DNA from: Octopus sinensis
Taxonomy: Eukaryota
Reading direction: 5' to 3'
DNA: 64,000 bases
Assembly (NCBI RefSeq): GCF_006345805.1
Contig: NC_043001.1
Location: 6,448,001 to 6,512,000, forward strand
The notes beneath the pieces were generated by a model. That model saw only the letters and a program-made list of their open reading frames with translations, was not told where the DNA came from and did not search any database. Position numbers and translations under genes: made by a program. Shown here one piece after another: positions 1-11,695 of this stretch (positions are counted from its first letter, which is position 1; each line of letters begins with the position of its first letter).

Positions 1-324
1 ATTTCCTGTTAACTCTGCTTCGCAATGTCCATCAATAATCCCAAGGCCAACGCTACAAGTCGCTGGGTTACATTTGGCGAACAGTGCTTCGCCCACGGTC
101 AACTCTACGTGGCTGTTCACGCGTTGGGAGGCGCAATGATGTTTTTCATGTTTTCGCCCAAAACGGACAGCTAGGAACATCGTATATACAGAAGTATTCC
201 AGTGAAGACAAGACATTGCAACGTCCACATGCACCTTCGTTCCCTGGAGGGAAAGGACTACATTGGGATTAGTCGTTGCCTACTGGGGCTCTTACATACC
301 CGGCAACAGCTGGCTATGCTGCTA

Positions 325-325
<1 letters not shown>
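1..325 (+). mobile_element. Helitron 3' end (PIF1-like helicase C-terminus, terminal hairpin, CTAG); element continues left of the window
   Basis: Frameshifted helicase motifs AMSINKSQGQT, HGQLYV.CSRV and the C-terminal TARNIVYTEVFQ*. Ends ...gctatgctgCTAG|T at 322-326. Near-identical to the reverse complement of 20619-20950. Confidence 0.92.
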
Positions 326-363
<38 letters not shown>

Positions 364-1099
364 TATATATATATACATATATATATGTATATATATATAT
401 TATGTATATATATATTATGTATATATATATATATATATACATAATATATATATACACAATTATATATAATATATTTATATATTATATACATATATTAATA
501 TGTAATATATATATATATATATATATACACTCCCCCGCACACTCATATCTTTTAATTCGTAAGGTAACATTTGGGGTATACAAATAAAATTCCTAATGAG
601 GGATAAGTATGATAATAAGAATAAATCTACCGTGGAATTTATAAACATTCAATGCATCGCAACGCGCCTTTCCACAAATAACATGACTTTAACGTCAGAT
701 CCCGTACCCAACAGAAAAGTCCGTATCATCCGTGGGCGTCCGAATGTACTTGGTGGGAGTAGACAACGGAATGATAGTAACGTGGGAATGGAGTTCTGTG
801 TGATAGTGTTTGATTTATTTGCTATTCGTTCTGCAGATTTTAAGGATAAACATTCAATCAGCCCTGTTCTGTTTCATTCAAGGCGTGACACTCGATAAAT
901 TCTGAACCCAACTGGTGGTCAGCTGCTATACAATGGGGTTTATTGACCGAATTGATTAATACAACCTTCTCACGGTGTTTTGCTGTTTTTGTTGGTCTGA
1001 TATGTATCATCTTCAACATTTGTATGTTCGTGTATCTGTTTGGGCTCCATCGCTGTTCTATAATTGGTTACTTCGTTTCAAAATATTTACAAATATATG

Positions 1100-1291
1100 A
1101 GCGCAGGAATGGTTGTGTGGTAAGTAGCTGGCTTACAATCCAAGTGGTTCTGTGTTCAATCTCACTGCGTAACACTTTGGGCAGTTGCCGTCTACTATAG
1201 CCTCGGGCCGACCAAAGACTTGGGAGTAGATTTGGTAGACGAAAACTGAAAAAAGGCTGTCGAATATATACATACATATATATATATATAT

Positions 1292-1328
<37 letters not shown>

Positions 1329-1531
1329 TGTGTCTGTTTGTCCACCCAACATCGATTGACAACCGATGCTGGTGCGTTTATGTCCCTTTAAATTAGCGGT
1401 TCGGCAAAGAGACCGATAGAATAAGTACACGGCTTACAAAGATTAAATCGTGGGGTCGATTTGCTAAACTAAAGACGGTGCTCCAGCATGGCAGCAGTCA
1501 AATGACTGGAACAAGAAAAATAGTAAAAGAG
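1100..1531 (+). mobile_element. SINE family S1 (tRNA-derived head, CORE-like tgggcaagt block, internal microsatellite, CR1-like tail)
   Basis: Head gcgcaggaatggttgtgtggtaag...gtggttctgtgttcaatc, core ttgggcagttgccgtctactatagcc, tail ggtgctccagcatggcagcagtcaaatgactg. More than 15 related copies in the window. Confidence 0.85.
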
Positions 1532-1622
1532 TATATGTGTGTGTATGTGCTTGTGTGTGTGTATAGAAATAAAGACATATATATATATGTGTGAATGTGT
1601 ATGTATATATATATATATATAT

Positions 1623-1737
1623 GACGGAGTAAACACATAAATGAGAAACAAGGTGGAAAAAAGAGTACTCAAATAACAGAGTTAAGTAATATGCTTTATT
1701 TAAAACCATCAGAAATTTAACAAAAGCTGTCAATCGG

Positions 1738-1740
<3 letters not shown>
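1623..1740. mobile_element. Truncated copy of repeat family H2, ending before the hammerhead
   Basis: ggagtaaacacataaatgagaaacaaggtggaaaaaagagtactcaaata matches 29975-30045. Flanked by (TA)n. Confidence 0.7.
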
Positions 1741-1786
<46 letters not shown>

Positions 1787-1789
<3 letters not shown>

Positions 1790-1847
1790 TTATTTATTTA
1801 TTTATTTTATTTTATCTAGTCAGCTCACGAGCTGTGGCCATGCTGGG

Positions 1848-1851
<4 letters not shown>
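1787..1851 (-). mobile_element. Extremely 5'-truncated CR1 LINE 3' tail
   Basis: The minus strand reads gtgccccagcatggccacagctcgtgagctgactag followed by an (AAAT)n/(AAAAT)n tail, matching the LINE end at 44141-44182. Confidence 0.7.
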
Positions 1852-1903
<52 letters not shown>

Positions 1904-1941
1904 TTATATCTATATATATCTATATATATATATATATATAA

Positions 1942-1990
<49 letters not shown>

Positions 1991-2219
1991 GTATATGTAT
2001 ATATATGTAATGTTCTCTTTTGTGTATTATATAATATATTATAGATATATATATAATATCTATATTAATATAAAGGGCAAACGAATAATCGCACGTGTCT
2101 CGAATGGCTAGAGTATTTCTATTTTGGATGTGTTTGGGGTACTCAATTGTGCTCATGACTTAGTGTTTGCTTCTTCCATGGGTATGAGTAAGTATCTCAT
2201 TTATTTCTTTTCTCACATG

Positions 2220-2277
2220 TATCACTGACGAAGGGAGGGCCGTTATAAGCTAACCCTGAAATCGGTCCGATCTGCTA
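2220..2277 (+). ncRNA. Type-I hammerhead ribozyme-like motif (family H4) with intact core
   Basis: tatca-CTGACGA(2225-2231)-AGGG...CCCT(stem II)-GAAA(2258-2261)-TCG gtc CGA-TC(cleavage triplet AUC)-tgcta. Stem I pairs 4 of 5 bp. Confidence 0.75.
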
Positions 2278-3170
2278 ATAATGGAATTTTTTGGAAATTT
2301 CTGTCCACTTGTTTCGAGTAGCGTGCGTATTGTGAAAAAAGTTTATGGTTAATGGACAATATGTCCAATATTTCGGAATATTTGGCATTAGAAATGTTTT
2401 CGTTTGCCCTTATCTATGATTTGTTTATAAATTTAACCTTTAAGGTATTTTTTAATATGCTGGCCATTGATAAAATTTTTGCGGAAAAGAAATTTTTTCG
2501 AAAAATGTTTTATCCTACATTAGATATATATATATATATAAATATATATAAATATATATATGCATATACGTTAAATGAACGCGCATATTTGTACGTACGT
2601 TGTGTGTATAATTACGTTTGATTTGGTATAAAAATGTATGAAGTTTATGTTGTCGTGTAGTATGTATGTAATGGTAACTAAGTACGTTTCAGCCGCAATA
2701 CTGTTCCCCTGTTTTGTCCGCAGTTTTTAGCCCAACAAATTAGAAAACTTCCAGTTCCCGGGTAAACCGGTCATTAAAGGTATACATTGCTCAGTCTTTG
2801 GCAACAGATAAGAACAGTCGACGTCGAGATTATATGACGATTGCGGGAAGAGAGAGAAAGGGTGAGAGAGATGGGAGAAGAGAGCGAAAAAAAGAGAAGA
2901 GAAAGTGAGAGAGAAAAGGAGAGAGAAGAAGAGGAGAGAGAAGAGAGAGAGAGAGAAGAAGGGTGGTGGTGTGGCATGCGCGCTTTGGATAGAGAGACGG
3001 CTGCACCAGCAGTCGGTGGATATTAATTTTTGTCGAATCGCGTAGAGCGATCTGAAATGAGCTACAATACTTTCGATAGCAACGTGCTACATACGCGCAC
3101 GCAAACACATATATAGTTATATAGAGAAGCAGGTAGAGAGACGCACACGCACACACCCACAAACATAAAT

Positions 3171-3520
3171 ACTCTTCTATTCTTTTACTTGTTTTACAGT
3201 CATTTGAATGCGGTCCTGCTGGGACACCGGCTTTTTAGTTTATGATTCCAGGACTAATCGTTGTCATCGTAACTTGAACTTAATCCTCCATCGGTTCCTT
3301 TTTCCGACGGTTATTTTTTGTGGGACGTAAAACACTCATCCATCGGGCCATGTCAATGGCTTTAATGGTTTACGCTAACCCGTGAAAAAACACAAGGCCT
3401 TTGTTGCATTGAAAAAAGACAACCCCCCACTTGTGCTTCACAAAGGGGCCACGGCAGTGGGACTTGACCCCGGCAAGTCTTTTATATAGGTAATTTCATT
3501 GTTGCCCGTTGAGCAAACTG
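3171..3520 (-). mobile_element. Degenerate or low-quality S1 SINE
   Basis: Tail tcttttacttgttttacagtcatttgaatgcgg and B-box remnant gtgggacttgaccccgg. Confidence 0.6.
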
Positions 3521-3679
3521 GCTAACTGGCAGCATGACATTTTCCCAAATGCAACAATATGCATATACATCATGTATGTATGTATAGATATATAACATAT
3601 ATATATATATGTATATATAGATATATATAATATAAATATATATTACATATGTCATATCTGTATATATGTATATGTTTAC

Positions 3680-4018
3680 TCTATATATAATATAAAAACT
3701 GAAAATGTATGTCTGTCTGTGTGAATCCTTAAATTGAGAACTACAACCACCATTTCATTCAATTTTACACATGCCTTACTTATGGCCATGTCGTGTCAGG
3801 GGCAAGAAATTTCTAACGTCTTGCCTAGGGGTGGTAGCCGAAGCCCACAAAATATCATATCTGTCTCCACTATTTCAGTACTACATGTTAAAAGTGAAAC
3901 AGAAACAGCTCTCTATTGTAATGTCAGATACTTTCACTTTATCCTGACTATTATATAACAAGTCAAACTTGTATAGATAGAGGGATGAACCATTAAGAGT
4001 GGACATCCATTTTGCTAG
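3680..4018 (+). mobile_element. Possible non-autonomous Helitron
   Basis: Starts TCTATATATAATATAAAAACTGAAAATGTATGTCTGTCTGTG, resembling the 5' end of the Helitron at 26668. A candidate CTAG lies near 4015 but is not followed by T. Confidence 0.3.
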
Positions 4019-4282
4019 AAGAAGGACCGCTATGGTCTTATATGCTACACCACTGGTTTTCAATTAATATTAATCAAATTAATTATTCAATTTCTTCTCA
4101 CCCTTTATTTTTTAAATTTAAATTTAAACCCCAGGACCATGTTTTTTGGAACGAGTTTCTTACCACACAGCCACACCACCCTGCACCAATGCATGTGTGT
4201 AATGTGTGTATGTGTGTATAGCTGTATATGTATACATTTATTTCTATACATATATATGTATATGTATACATGTATATGGGGA

Positions 4283-4320
<38 letters not shown>

Positions 4321-4340
<20 letters not shown>

Positions 4341-4822
4341 TGTACTTGTAATATGTACACATATATTCATATATATACATGCATACATATATACACCCAT
4401 ACACACATACACCCAACCCATACAGAGGTGGCAGGTGTGGCTGTGTGGTAACAAACTTCGTTCCAAAACACATGGTCCCGGGTTCAGTCCCACTGTGGGA
4501 TGACTTAGCATGTGACTTCTGCTATAGCCTCATATCAACCAAAACGTTGTCAGTGGATTTGTAGACAGAAACTGAAAGAAATCAATCGTAAATATATAAG
4601 TATATATGTAAGTCTTGTGTGTTTGTCTTTGTCTTGTCCCTCATCACTGCCTGACAACTGCTGTTCGTTTATTTACATCCCCATTACTTAATGGTTTTAA
4701 AAGAAGGAACTGATAGAATAAGTAACAGGCTTATCAAAATAAAAAAAAACCCACTAGGCAGTATCTCATATATTTGTTTGCCCACAAATTTATCTTAGTG
4801 TGTGTGTGTGTGTATACATACA

Positions 4823-4869
<47 letters not shown>

Positions 4870-5093
4870 GTGTGTGTATGCGTATATTTAAGTGTATGTG
4901 TGTGACTTCGTTTCTGTGTTTCACCCTCATCACTGATTCACAACTGCTGTTCGTTTATTTACATCCCTATAACTTACTGGTTTCACAAAAAGAAACTAAG
5001 AGAAAATAGTACCAAGCTTATCGACATAAAAAGGCACTAGGCTGTGTCTCATATTTTGTGTTGCCCACTCAGTTTTATCTATCCATTTATCTT

Positions 5094-5138
<45 letters not shown>

Positions 5139-5933
5139 ATATATATATATATATCTAATATTATATATACATATATATACATAATACAACACACACACCA
5201 ACACACATATATATATATATATATACATGTATGTATATGTGTACATTCATATTTATTATATCAAAGACATGTCTTTATGTGTTCGTGTATTACTATACGT
5301 TCGAAAACTGCTGCAANNNNNNNNNNNNNNNNNNNNNNNNNNNNNNNNNNNNNNNNNNNNNNNNNNNNNNNNNNNNNNNNNNNNNNNNNNNNNNNNNNNN
5401 NNNNNNNNNNNNNNNNAGAGAGAGAGAGAGATGTACTTGTAATATGTACACATATATTCATATATATACATGCATAGATATATACACCCATACACACATA
5501 CACACACACATACAGAGGTGCAGGTGTGGCTGTGTGGTAACAAACTTCGTTCCAAAACACATGGTCCCGGGTTCAGTCCCACTGTGTGATGACTTAGCAT
5601 GTGACTTCTGCTATAGCCTCATATCAACCAAAACGTTGTCAGTGGATTTTGTAGACAGAAACTGAAAGAAATCAATCGTAAATATATAAGTATATATGTA
5701 AGTCTGTGTGTGTTTGTCTTTGTCTTTGTCCCTCATCACTGCCTGACAACTGCTGTTCGTTTATTTACATCCCCATTACTTAATGGTTTTAAAAGAAGGA
5801 AATGATAGAATAAGTACCAGGCTTATCAAAATAAAAAAAACTCACTAGGCAGTATCTCATATATTTGTTTGCCCACAAATTTATCTTAGTGTGTGTGTGT
5901 GTGTATACATACATACATACATACATACATACA

Positions 5934-5969
<36 letters not shown>

Positions 5970-6207
5970 TATATCTGATATATGTGTGTATGCGTATATT
6001 AAGTGTATGTGTGTGACTTCGTTTCTGTGTTTCACCCTCATCACTGCTTCACAACTGCTGTTCGTTTATTTACAATCCCTATAACTTACTGGTTTCACAA
6101 AAAGAAACTAAGAGAATAAGTACCAAGCTTATCGACATAAAAAGGCACTAGGCTGTGTCTCATATTTTTGTTTGCCCACTCAGTTGTATCTATCAATTTA
6201 TCTTTGT

Positions 6208-6246
<39 letters not shown>

Positions 6247-6411
6247 ACTATATATATATATATATATACATATATATACATAATACACACACACAACCAA
6301 ACCACATATATATATATATCATGTATGTATATGTGTACATTCATATTTATTATATCAAAGACAATGTCTTTATGTGTTCGTGTATTACTTATACGTTCGA
6401 AAACTGCTGCA
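4321..6411. other. About 1-kb direct duplication (4321-5316 and 5417-6411) straddling a 100-N gap
   Basis: Both copies run from (GA)n-tgtacttgtaatatg to ttcgaaaactgctgca, differing mainly by indels. N run at 5317-5416. Confidence 0.9.
4425..4760 (+). mobile_element. S1 SINE (duplicated at about 5515-5840)
   Basis: gcaggtgtggctgtgtggtaa...gggttcagtcccactg head; body ends ...gatagaataagtaacaggctta. Confidence 0.8.
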
Positions 6412-7689
6412 CCGATTATAAAGAAATTAGAGAGAAGGGTAATGATGTGTGTTTCATATAATTTCATGGACAAAAATTATTGAATGGATACTTATGATAT
6501 TTGAAACTTTGATTCAATGTATAAGGGCGGGTATAATGCAATACGTTTGGTTTGAATTTCAGATGGCTTAAAGGGGGCAGAACCCCCCATAAAAATTCAT
6601 ACATTTTCAATGCTGATGAAATTTCAACCATGGGTAATTGACACACATCAAGAAGTATTCTCAAAGCTTCCACTTCACATGAGGATTCTAAGACACCTTA
6701 ATGGGTGCCTTGACTCCCAAATTTGAGTCATTTCTTTTATGATTCAAAACTAGTTCAAAAGTACTGAATGGATCTTTTGAAATTTGGAAATTATATTCTA
6801 TGCATGAGTGCTATAACCCCCATGATAATTCATATATTTTTGCTGTTGATGACATTTTAACCATAGATATTAGATACAAATGAAGTAATATTTATAAAAA
6901 TTCGTCTTCTTACAAGTTAGAAAGACCCCACCATGGGGACTTAACACCCACAATTTTGTCATTTTATCAAAGCAAAAACGAATACAGTTGTGCCCTTGGA
7001 AGCTGTGGGGTCATCCGAGCATAGAAGGTGAGCCTTATTTGTAATTCAATGGTACAACAGTGTAAGAGTTTGCTTTGACATACACTTAGATTGTGATTTC
7101 TGCAATGTGCTGCATAAATTGTTAAGTAAATGAGAGGCATCTTTGTCTCCATTGATTCAGTTGCAAAGTGTTGAGTAAAGTTATTTGATTGCAGATCTCC
7201 TTTCAATATTTTTATTATCACTCGGTCACACATAGTCCAAAGATGATAACATTGATTTTAAGGCCTTCCCAGATGAGTGACTGGTTATTCAAAGACATTT
7301 ATAGATTGTAAATTTATTCTGTTCAGTTACGTATCAGTATTGTGGTCATTTGCAATTTCCAACTTTCATTTCTCCTTAGCCCTCACGTCACACAGTTGTT
7401 AATGTTTATTTCAGTTGGGTCACGCCCTTCCAATTGCTATAGATTCGTAATGCATCTTACGGCTGTGCCTGTCACCTTGATGATGAGGAATACTACATTG
7501 GGTATGGTAACGACTAGGGTAGGGTAACTGACCGCTTATTGTGATCACCCGTCTTTTGGTTGCTGTAGCTTTGCTCTCTTTTACAAACCCAGTGAACATA
7601 TATTTCCTATTTCAAAGAAATTCACACAATAGATATAAGACCCAAGTTAAAAAGATTCTCAACAATTCAACTTCTCTGGTTGACATTAA

Positions 7690-8575
7690 GATGCTCACCT
7701 CCAATGCTGTGAGTCAATGGGCAGACAAAAGCAAAATGCAACTGAACGAGGGAATAGTTGAGCTGATACATTTTGGAAGAAAGACTATACTAAAACAGCC
7801 ATACTCTCTTCCTTCAGTGGAACCGCTCACGGCATCTGATAATATCAGAGACCTGGGTGTAATTGTTGATAACATTCTCAGTTGGAGTGCCCACATCAAC
7901 AATAAGGTCGATATAGCTCGTAGGATGAGCTCCAGGATCTTAAGAACCTTCCGGTCTAGAGAGCAAGGTGTCATTCATCTTCACCTTCTTTGTACGGCAA
8001 CACCTCGAATACTGCTGCCTACTTTGGTCTCCCCAAACAAAACAAAACATCTCGAGGATTGAATCACTCCAGAGGGAACTCACTAAACGAATTGACTGAT
8101 CTCGATTACTTGGAACGCCTTAAAGCCTTGAAACTCTACTCTCTCCAACGTCGCCGCGAGCGGTACATCATTTGTACGATATGGAAAATATACCGCCAGC
8201 ATTGCCCAAACGACCTGGACATTAATTTCAAGGTTTATCCAAGGCTCGGACCACGGACCGTACGTCATCTGCCCAATTTAGGATCACAACCTATAAGTAC
8301 ACTGCGACATAATTTCTTTTCCTCAATACTCCCTGCCGTGTTTTACATTGTCCCAAAAGAGGAAAAATATCCCATCACCTTTAAACGGTGTCTGGACAAA
8401 TTTCTTCAAGGAATACCAGATAAGCAACCCAAACCATACAACTCACTCAACAAGAACTCACAACTTGAATGGACCATAAACAAAAGTTGACTTAAACAGG
8501 ATTTAGATACTCCTATCAGGTCGTGCAATTAAGTTAGACATGGTCGAAACATATGTAAGTTTTATCTAAGTTTAT
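7690..8575 (+). pseudogene. CR1-clade LINE, 3' part of ORF2 (late RT and C-terminus), frameshifted
   Basis: ORFs 7541-8062 and 7990-8490 contain QWA..MQLN, IRDLGVIVD.LSWSAHI, LDYLERLKALKLYSLQRRRERY and FK..LDKFL..IPD. Confidence 0.9.
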
Positions 8576-8587
8576 ATATATATATAT

Positions 8588-8810
8588 ATGAAGTTAATCC
8601 AAACAAGAAAGCACAAAAATAACACAACAACGCGAGGACGTGGAACAAATATAGTATTATTGGACGCTCATGAAAGAAGGAAAGAAGGAGGGTTTAACGT
8701 TTCGAGCGGAGCTCTTCGTCGGAAACATAGGAGAAGGAAAGATCCAGAGAAGGGAAGACAGAGGAAAAAAATCGCCAACGGTACGCACGTGGTCACATTT
8801 TGAATGTATA
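8588..8810 (-). mobile_element. Non-autonomous Penelope-like repeat (family H3) with a hammerhead-like motif at 8692-8726
   Basis: The minus strand reads gttt-CCGACGA-A-GAGC tcc GCTC-GAAACGTT-aaac. Flanked on both sides by (TA)n. Confidence 0.65.
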
Positions 8811-8830
8811 GATATATTATATATATATAT

Positions 8831-8864
<34 letters not shown>

Positions 8865-8898
8865 ATGTATGTATATATATATATATATATTATAAATA

Positions 8899-9359
8899 AG
8901 GGTTATTGCAACAAGTTGCTCAAAACCACATACCGAAAATATTAGAAACTATTTCTTCTACTAATAAAAAAGTCTCCACAAACAAACAGAATTTGTAACC
9001 TGTATATGGCAAAAAAGGAAGAAAATAACGAAATCCCAGCCTATGGATTAATTATAGACGAATCGTTTCTGGATTAGAACCGAAGGCTCATTTCCTTGTC
9101 AATATAATATTTCCTATAAATCTAGAAATGCTAGGGGAAAATCTCACCCGTTACACCAGCTCGACCAGCGAAATCAAACGATCTAACGAAACTGCTAGCA
9201 TTCCTACACTTATACAGACATGCGAATTCATATCTCCCTCCAAAATAACCACGTGGGCTACAAAAATTCTCTTGTAAATAGAAGAAATAGCGATCAATTT
9301 GGCTGCTATTTCTAATATTTTCGGTATGTGGTTTTGAGCAACTTGTTGCAATTAGCCCT
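8899..9359. mobile_element. MITE with about 50-bp terminal inverted repeats
   Basis: Left end agggttattgcaacaagttgctcaaaaccacataccgaaaatattagaaa; right end tttctaatattttcggtatgtggttttgagcaacttgttgcaattagccct. Confidence 0.8.
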
Positions 9360-9956
9360 AAATTATAATTATTATAAACCTTACCAAATATGGTCTTTCC
9401 CATACCGATAAATCTACTAGGTGAAATTTATTAATTTTATTAAATTAATTATATTCCACCCTTTTTTGCATTTTGTATATATATATATATATTATATATA
9501 TATATATATATATGCCACTCATGAATGCCAGTTGTGTGGAACTATTTCCCCATTGCATAGCGAGTAAAAAGACGTGTCACGATTGGGAAACATCCGTCCG
9601 AATACTACCAGGGTCGGGAATTTCTTTTAGAATATATTCTAAAGAACTGCGTCGATCCAGTGTCACAACTTCCCAAATATATAAACAAATCAGTTGGGGA
9701 TGAGCAGGTGTTTGGAAATGATTTACATCATTATTCTTCAGTTGCTGTTGAATCTGAATGCAAATAATCATTTCATTTCTGCCTCCCCGGGAGAGTTTTC
9801 ATGGCTCATATATAAGACTTCTTTATGTACAACACGAACACAGTGTGTGCATCGGGAACATTTTATTTCGACTTCATCGGAATAAGATTACATACATAAG
9901 TATGAATTGATAACTATACATTTCTTTGTAAACACACACACACACACGCACACATA

Positions 9957-10235
9957 CATTAATATATGAACACCAGAATTCCAGGCGATCCTTTTCCAAT
10001 ATTTTGCTCGATCGACTGTTTTTAAATTTATAAAACACCCAGCATGGAACAAAGATAAAGGGCTCCCACTGTTCTTCAGAATTCTGAATAGGATAACTTT
10101 CGTTGCAGTACCATATTTTATTTGATAGTAATGAAATTCAATAATAATGAACGAAAAAATAAACAAAATGTTTATCCCAAAATTATGCAGATAAAGCAAA
10201 TGAATGCTGATTCCATTTAAAATGTTATTGAGAGC
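9957..10235. repeat. Inverted duplication, partner of 14718-14997
   Basis: About 280 bp of non-microsatellite sequence, nearly identical to the reverse complement of 14718-14997. Confidence 0.9.
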
Positions 10236-10774
10236 ACATTCACATGCTTATATATATTCATTCTCACTTACGTACACACGCATATAAGCTTGCTACATTC
10301 ACGCTTCATTAAACGTCCAACATTTTAAAATCCTAGGCAACTCCCTGAACAAATTTCTGACTTAAAATACGGTGCAAACTAAATTGAAACAGAATTGTCA
10401 TCTTCCACCAGTGAAGCCAGTGTGCATGCATCTATGTACGTATGTCTGAGTGTCTGCGATACTCGTGCATGTGTGAATATCTAAATGTTATTCTTACGTA
10501 GGTGTTCTCATATGAATAAAAATGCATGTGGCTAAGTTTGCCTAAACAATACTTCCTGCAGCATGTGTAAAACATATCCTTAATGAGGGGAAAGAAAAAC
10601 AAATTCTCCCAATGAGGTCGCATTGGACCAGAAACGGAGGGAAAATTGCTGCCATCCAACAGAAGAACAGCAATAATCTTCTTTCGCAGATAAATCCAAC
10701 GAAGAATTTATTTTTATAAATTCATTGTCCCGCCCCATCATTCCCTTCCAGTCGCTAAAACATTGCTGTCATCA

Positions 10775-10828
<54 letters not shown>

Positions 10829-10974
10829 TATGTTTATGTATGTATGTTTATATATACATATATGCTTGGAAAAGGATGCGTAGCGTTCGATCATATAATA
10901 ATATAAATATTACATAAATATATGCATATATACATACATATATGTACATACCTACATCTATATGTATATATATA

Positions 10975-11175
10975 CATGCATATTTGGGTACAGGACATAA
11001 AAAGAACCTTGAACACAATGAGGAACGAAAACATAAAAAACAAAAACATAAAAACGAACTTTTTTTTCAAACAAAGAAAAAAAAAACAACAAAAAACTGA
11101 GAAACAAGACATACAACACAAGGAAGACTCCTCTTCTTCAGTTGTCACTGTTTCATCAACTGTGCGTTTTGAATG
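10975..11175 (+). repeat. Unclassified dispersed repeat; related copy inverted at about 12770-12940
   Basis: tgggtacaggacataaaaagaaccttgaacacaatgagg matches the reverse complement of ctcattttgttcaagtttttttctgacgtcctgtaccca. Confidence 0.6.
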
Positions 11176-11319
11176 TTTATCAATCTGTTCAGTGTAATAG
11201 ATCTTAATATAACTAGACATATTATGGACATTGTCCCGTTTAAATCCTCTTCTTGTAGCACTTTCCCCTTCCATTGAAATAATCCTTTCTACAATAGACA
11301 AAATGCCTGAAATTTTGTG

Positions 11320-11668
11320 TCGATTAGATCGACTCCAGTACGTAACTGGTACTTAATTTATCAACTTCGAAAGGATGGAAGGCAAAGTCGAGCTTGGCGG
11401 AATTTGAACTCAGAACGTAACGGCAGACGAAATACCTATTTCTTTACTATCCACAAGGGGCTAAACACAAAGGGGACAAACAAGGACAGACAAACGGATT
11501 AAGTCGATTACATCGATCCCAGTGCGTAAGTGGTACTTATTTAATCGACCCCGAATAAATGAAAGGCAACGTCGACCTCGGCGGAATTTGAACTCAGAAC
11601 ATAGCGGCAGACGAAATACCGCTATGCATTTTACCCGGCGAGTAAACGTTTCAGCAAGCTCGCCACCT
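11320..11668 (-). mobile_element. SINE family S2 (partially dimeric)
   Basis: ggcggaatttgaactcagaac B-box remnant occurs twice; also acaaacaaggacagacaaacggattaagtcgattacatcga. Confidence 0.85.
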
Positions 11669-11695
11669 ACTTCCAATGATATAATGACCAATGAC

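Noticed and set aside
258-587. Many ORF-track entries rich in YI, CV, HT, LLLL or IIII runs (here and throughout the window)
   Set aside because: They are translations of (TA)n, (CA)n, (TAA)n and (GATA)n microsatellites, not genes.
596-1080. 100-aa and 85-aa ORFs in unique sequence
   Set aside because: No recognisable motif or splice pattern in any frame I translated, and the length is compatible with chance.
6420-7330. Unique-looking stretch with short minus-strand ORFs (possible DNA transposase or exon)
   Set aside because: Stops occur in all frames examined and I recognised no motif.
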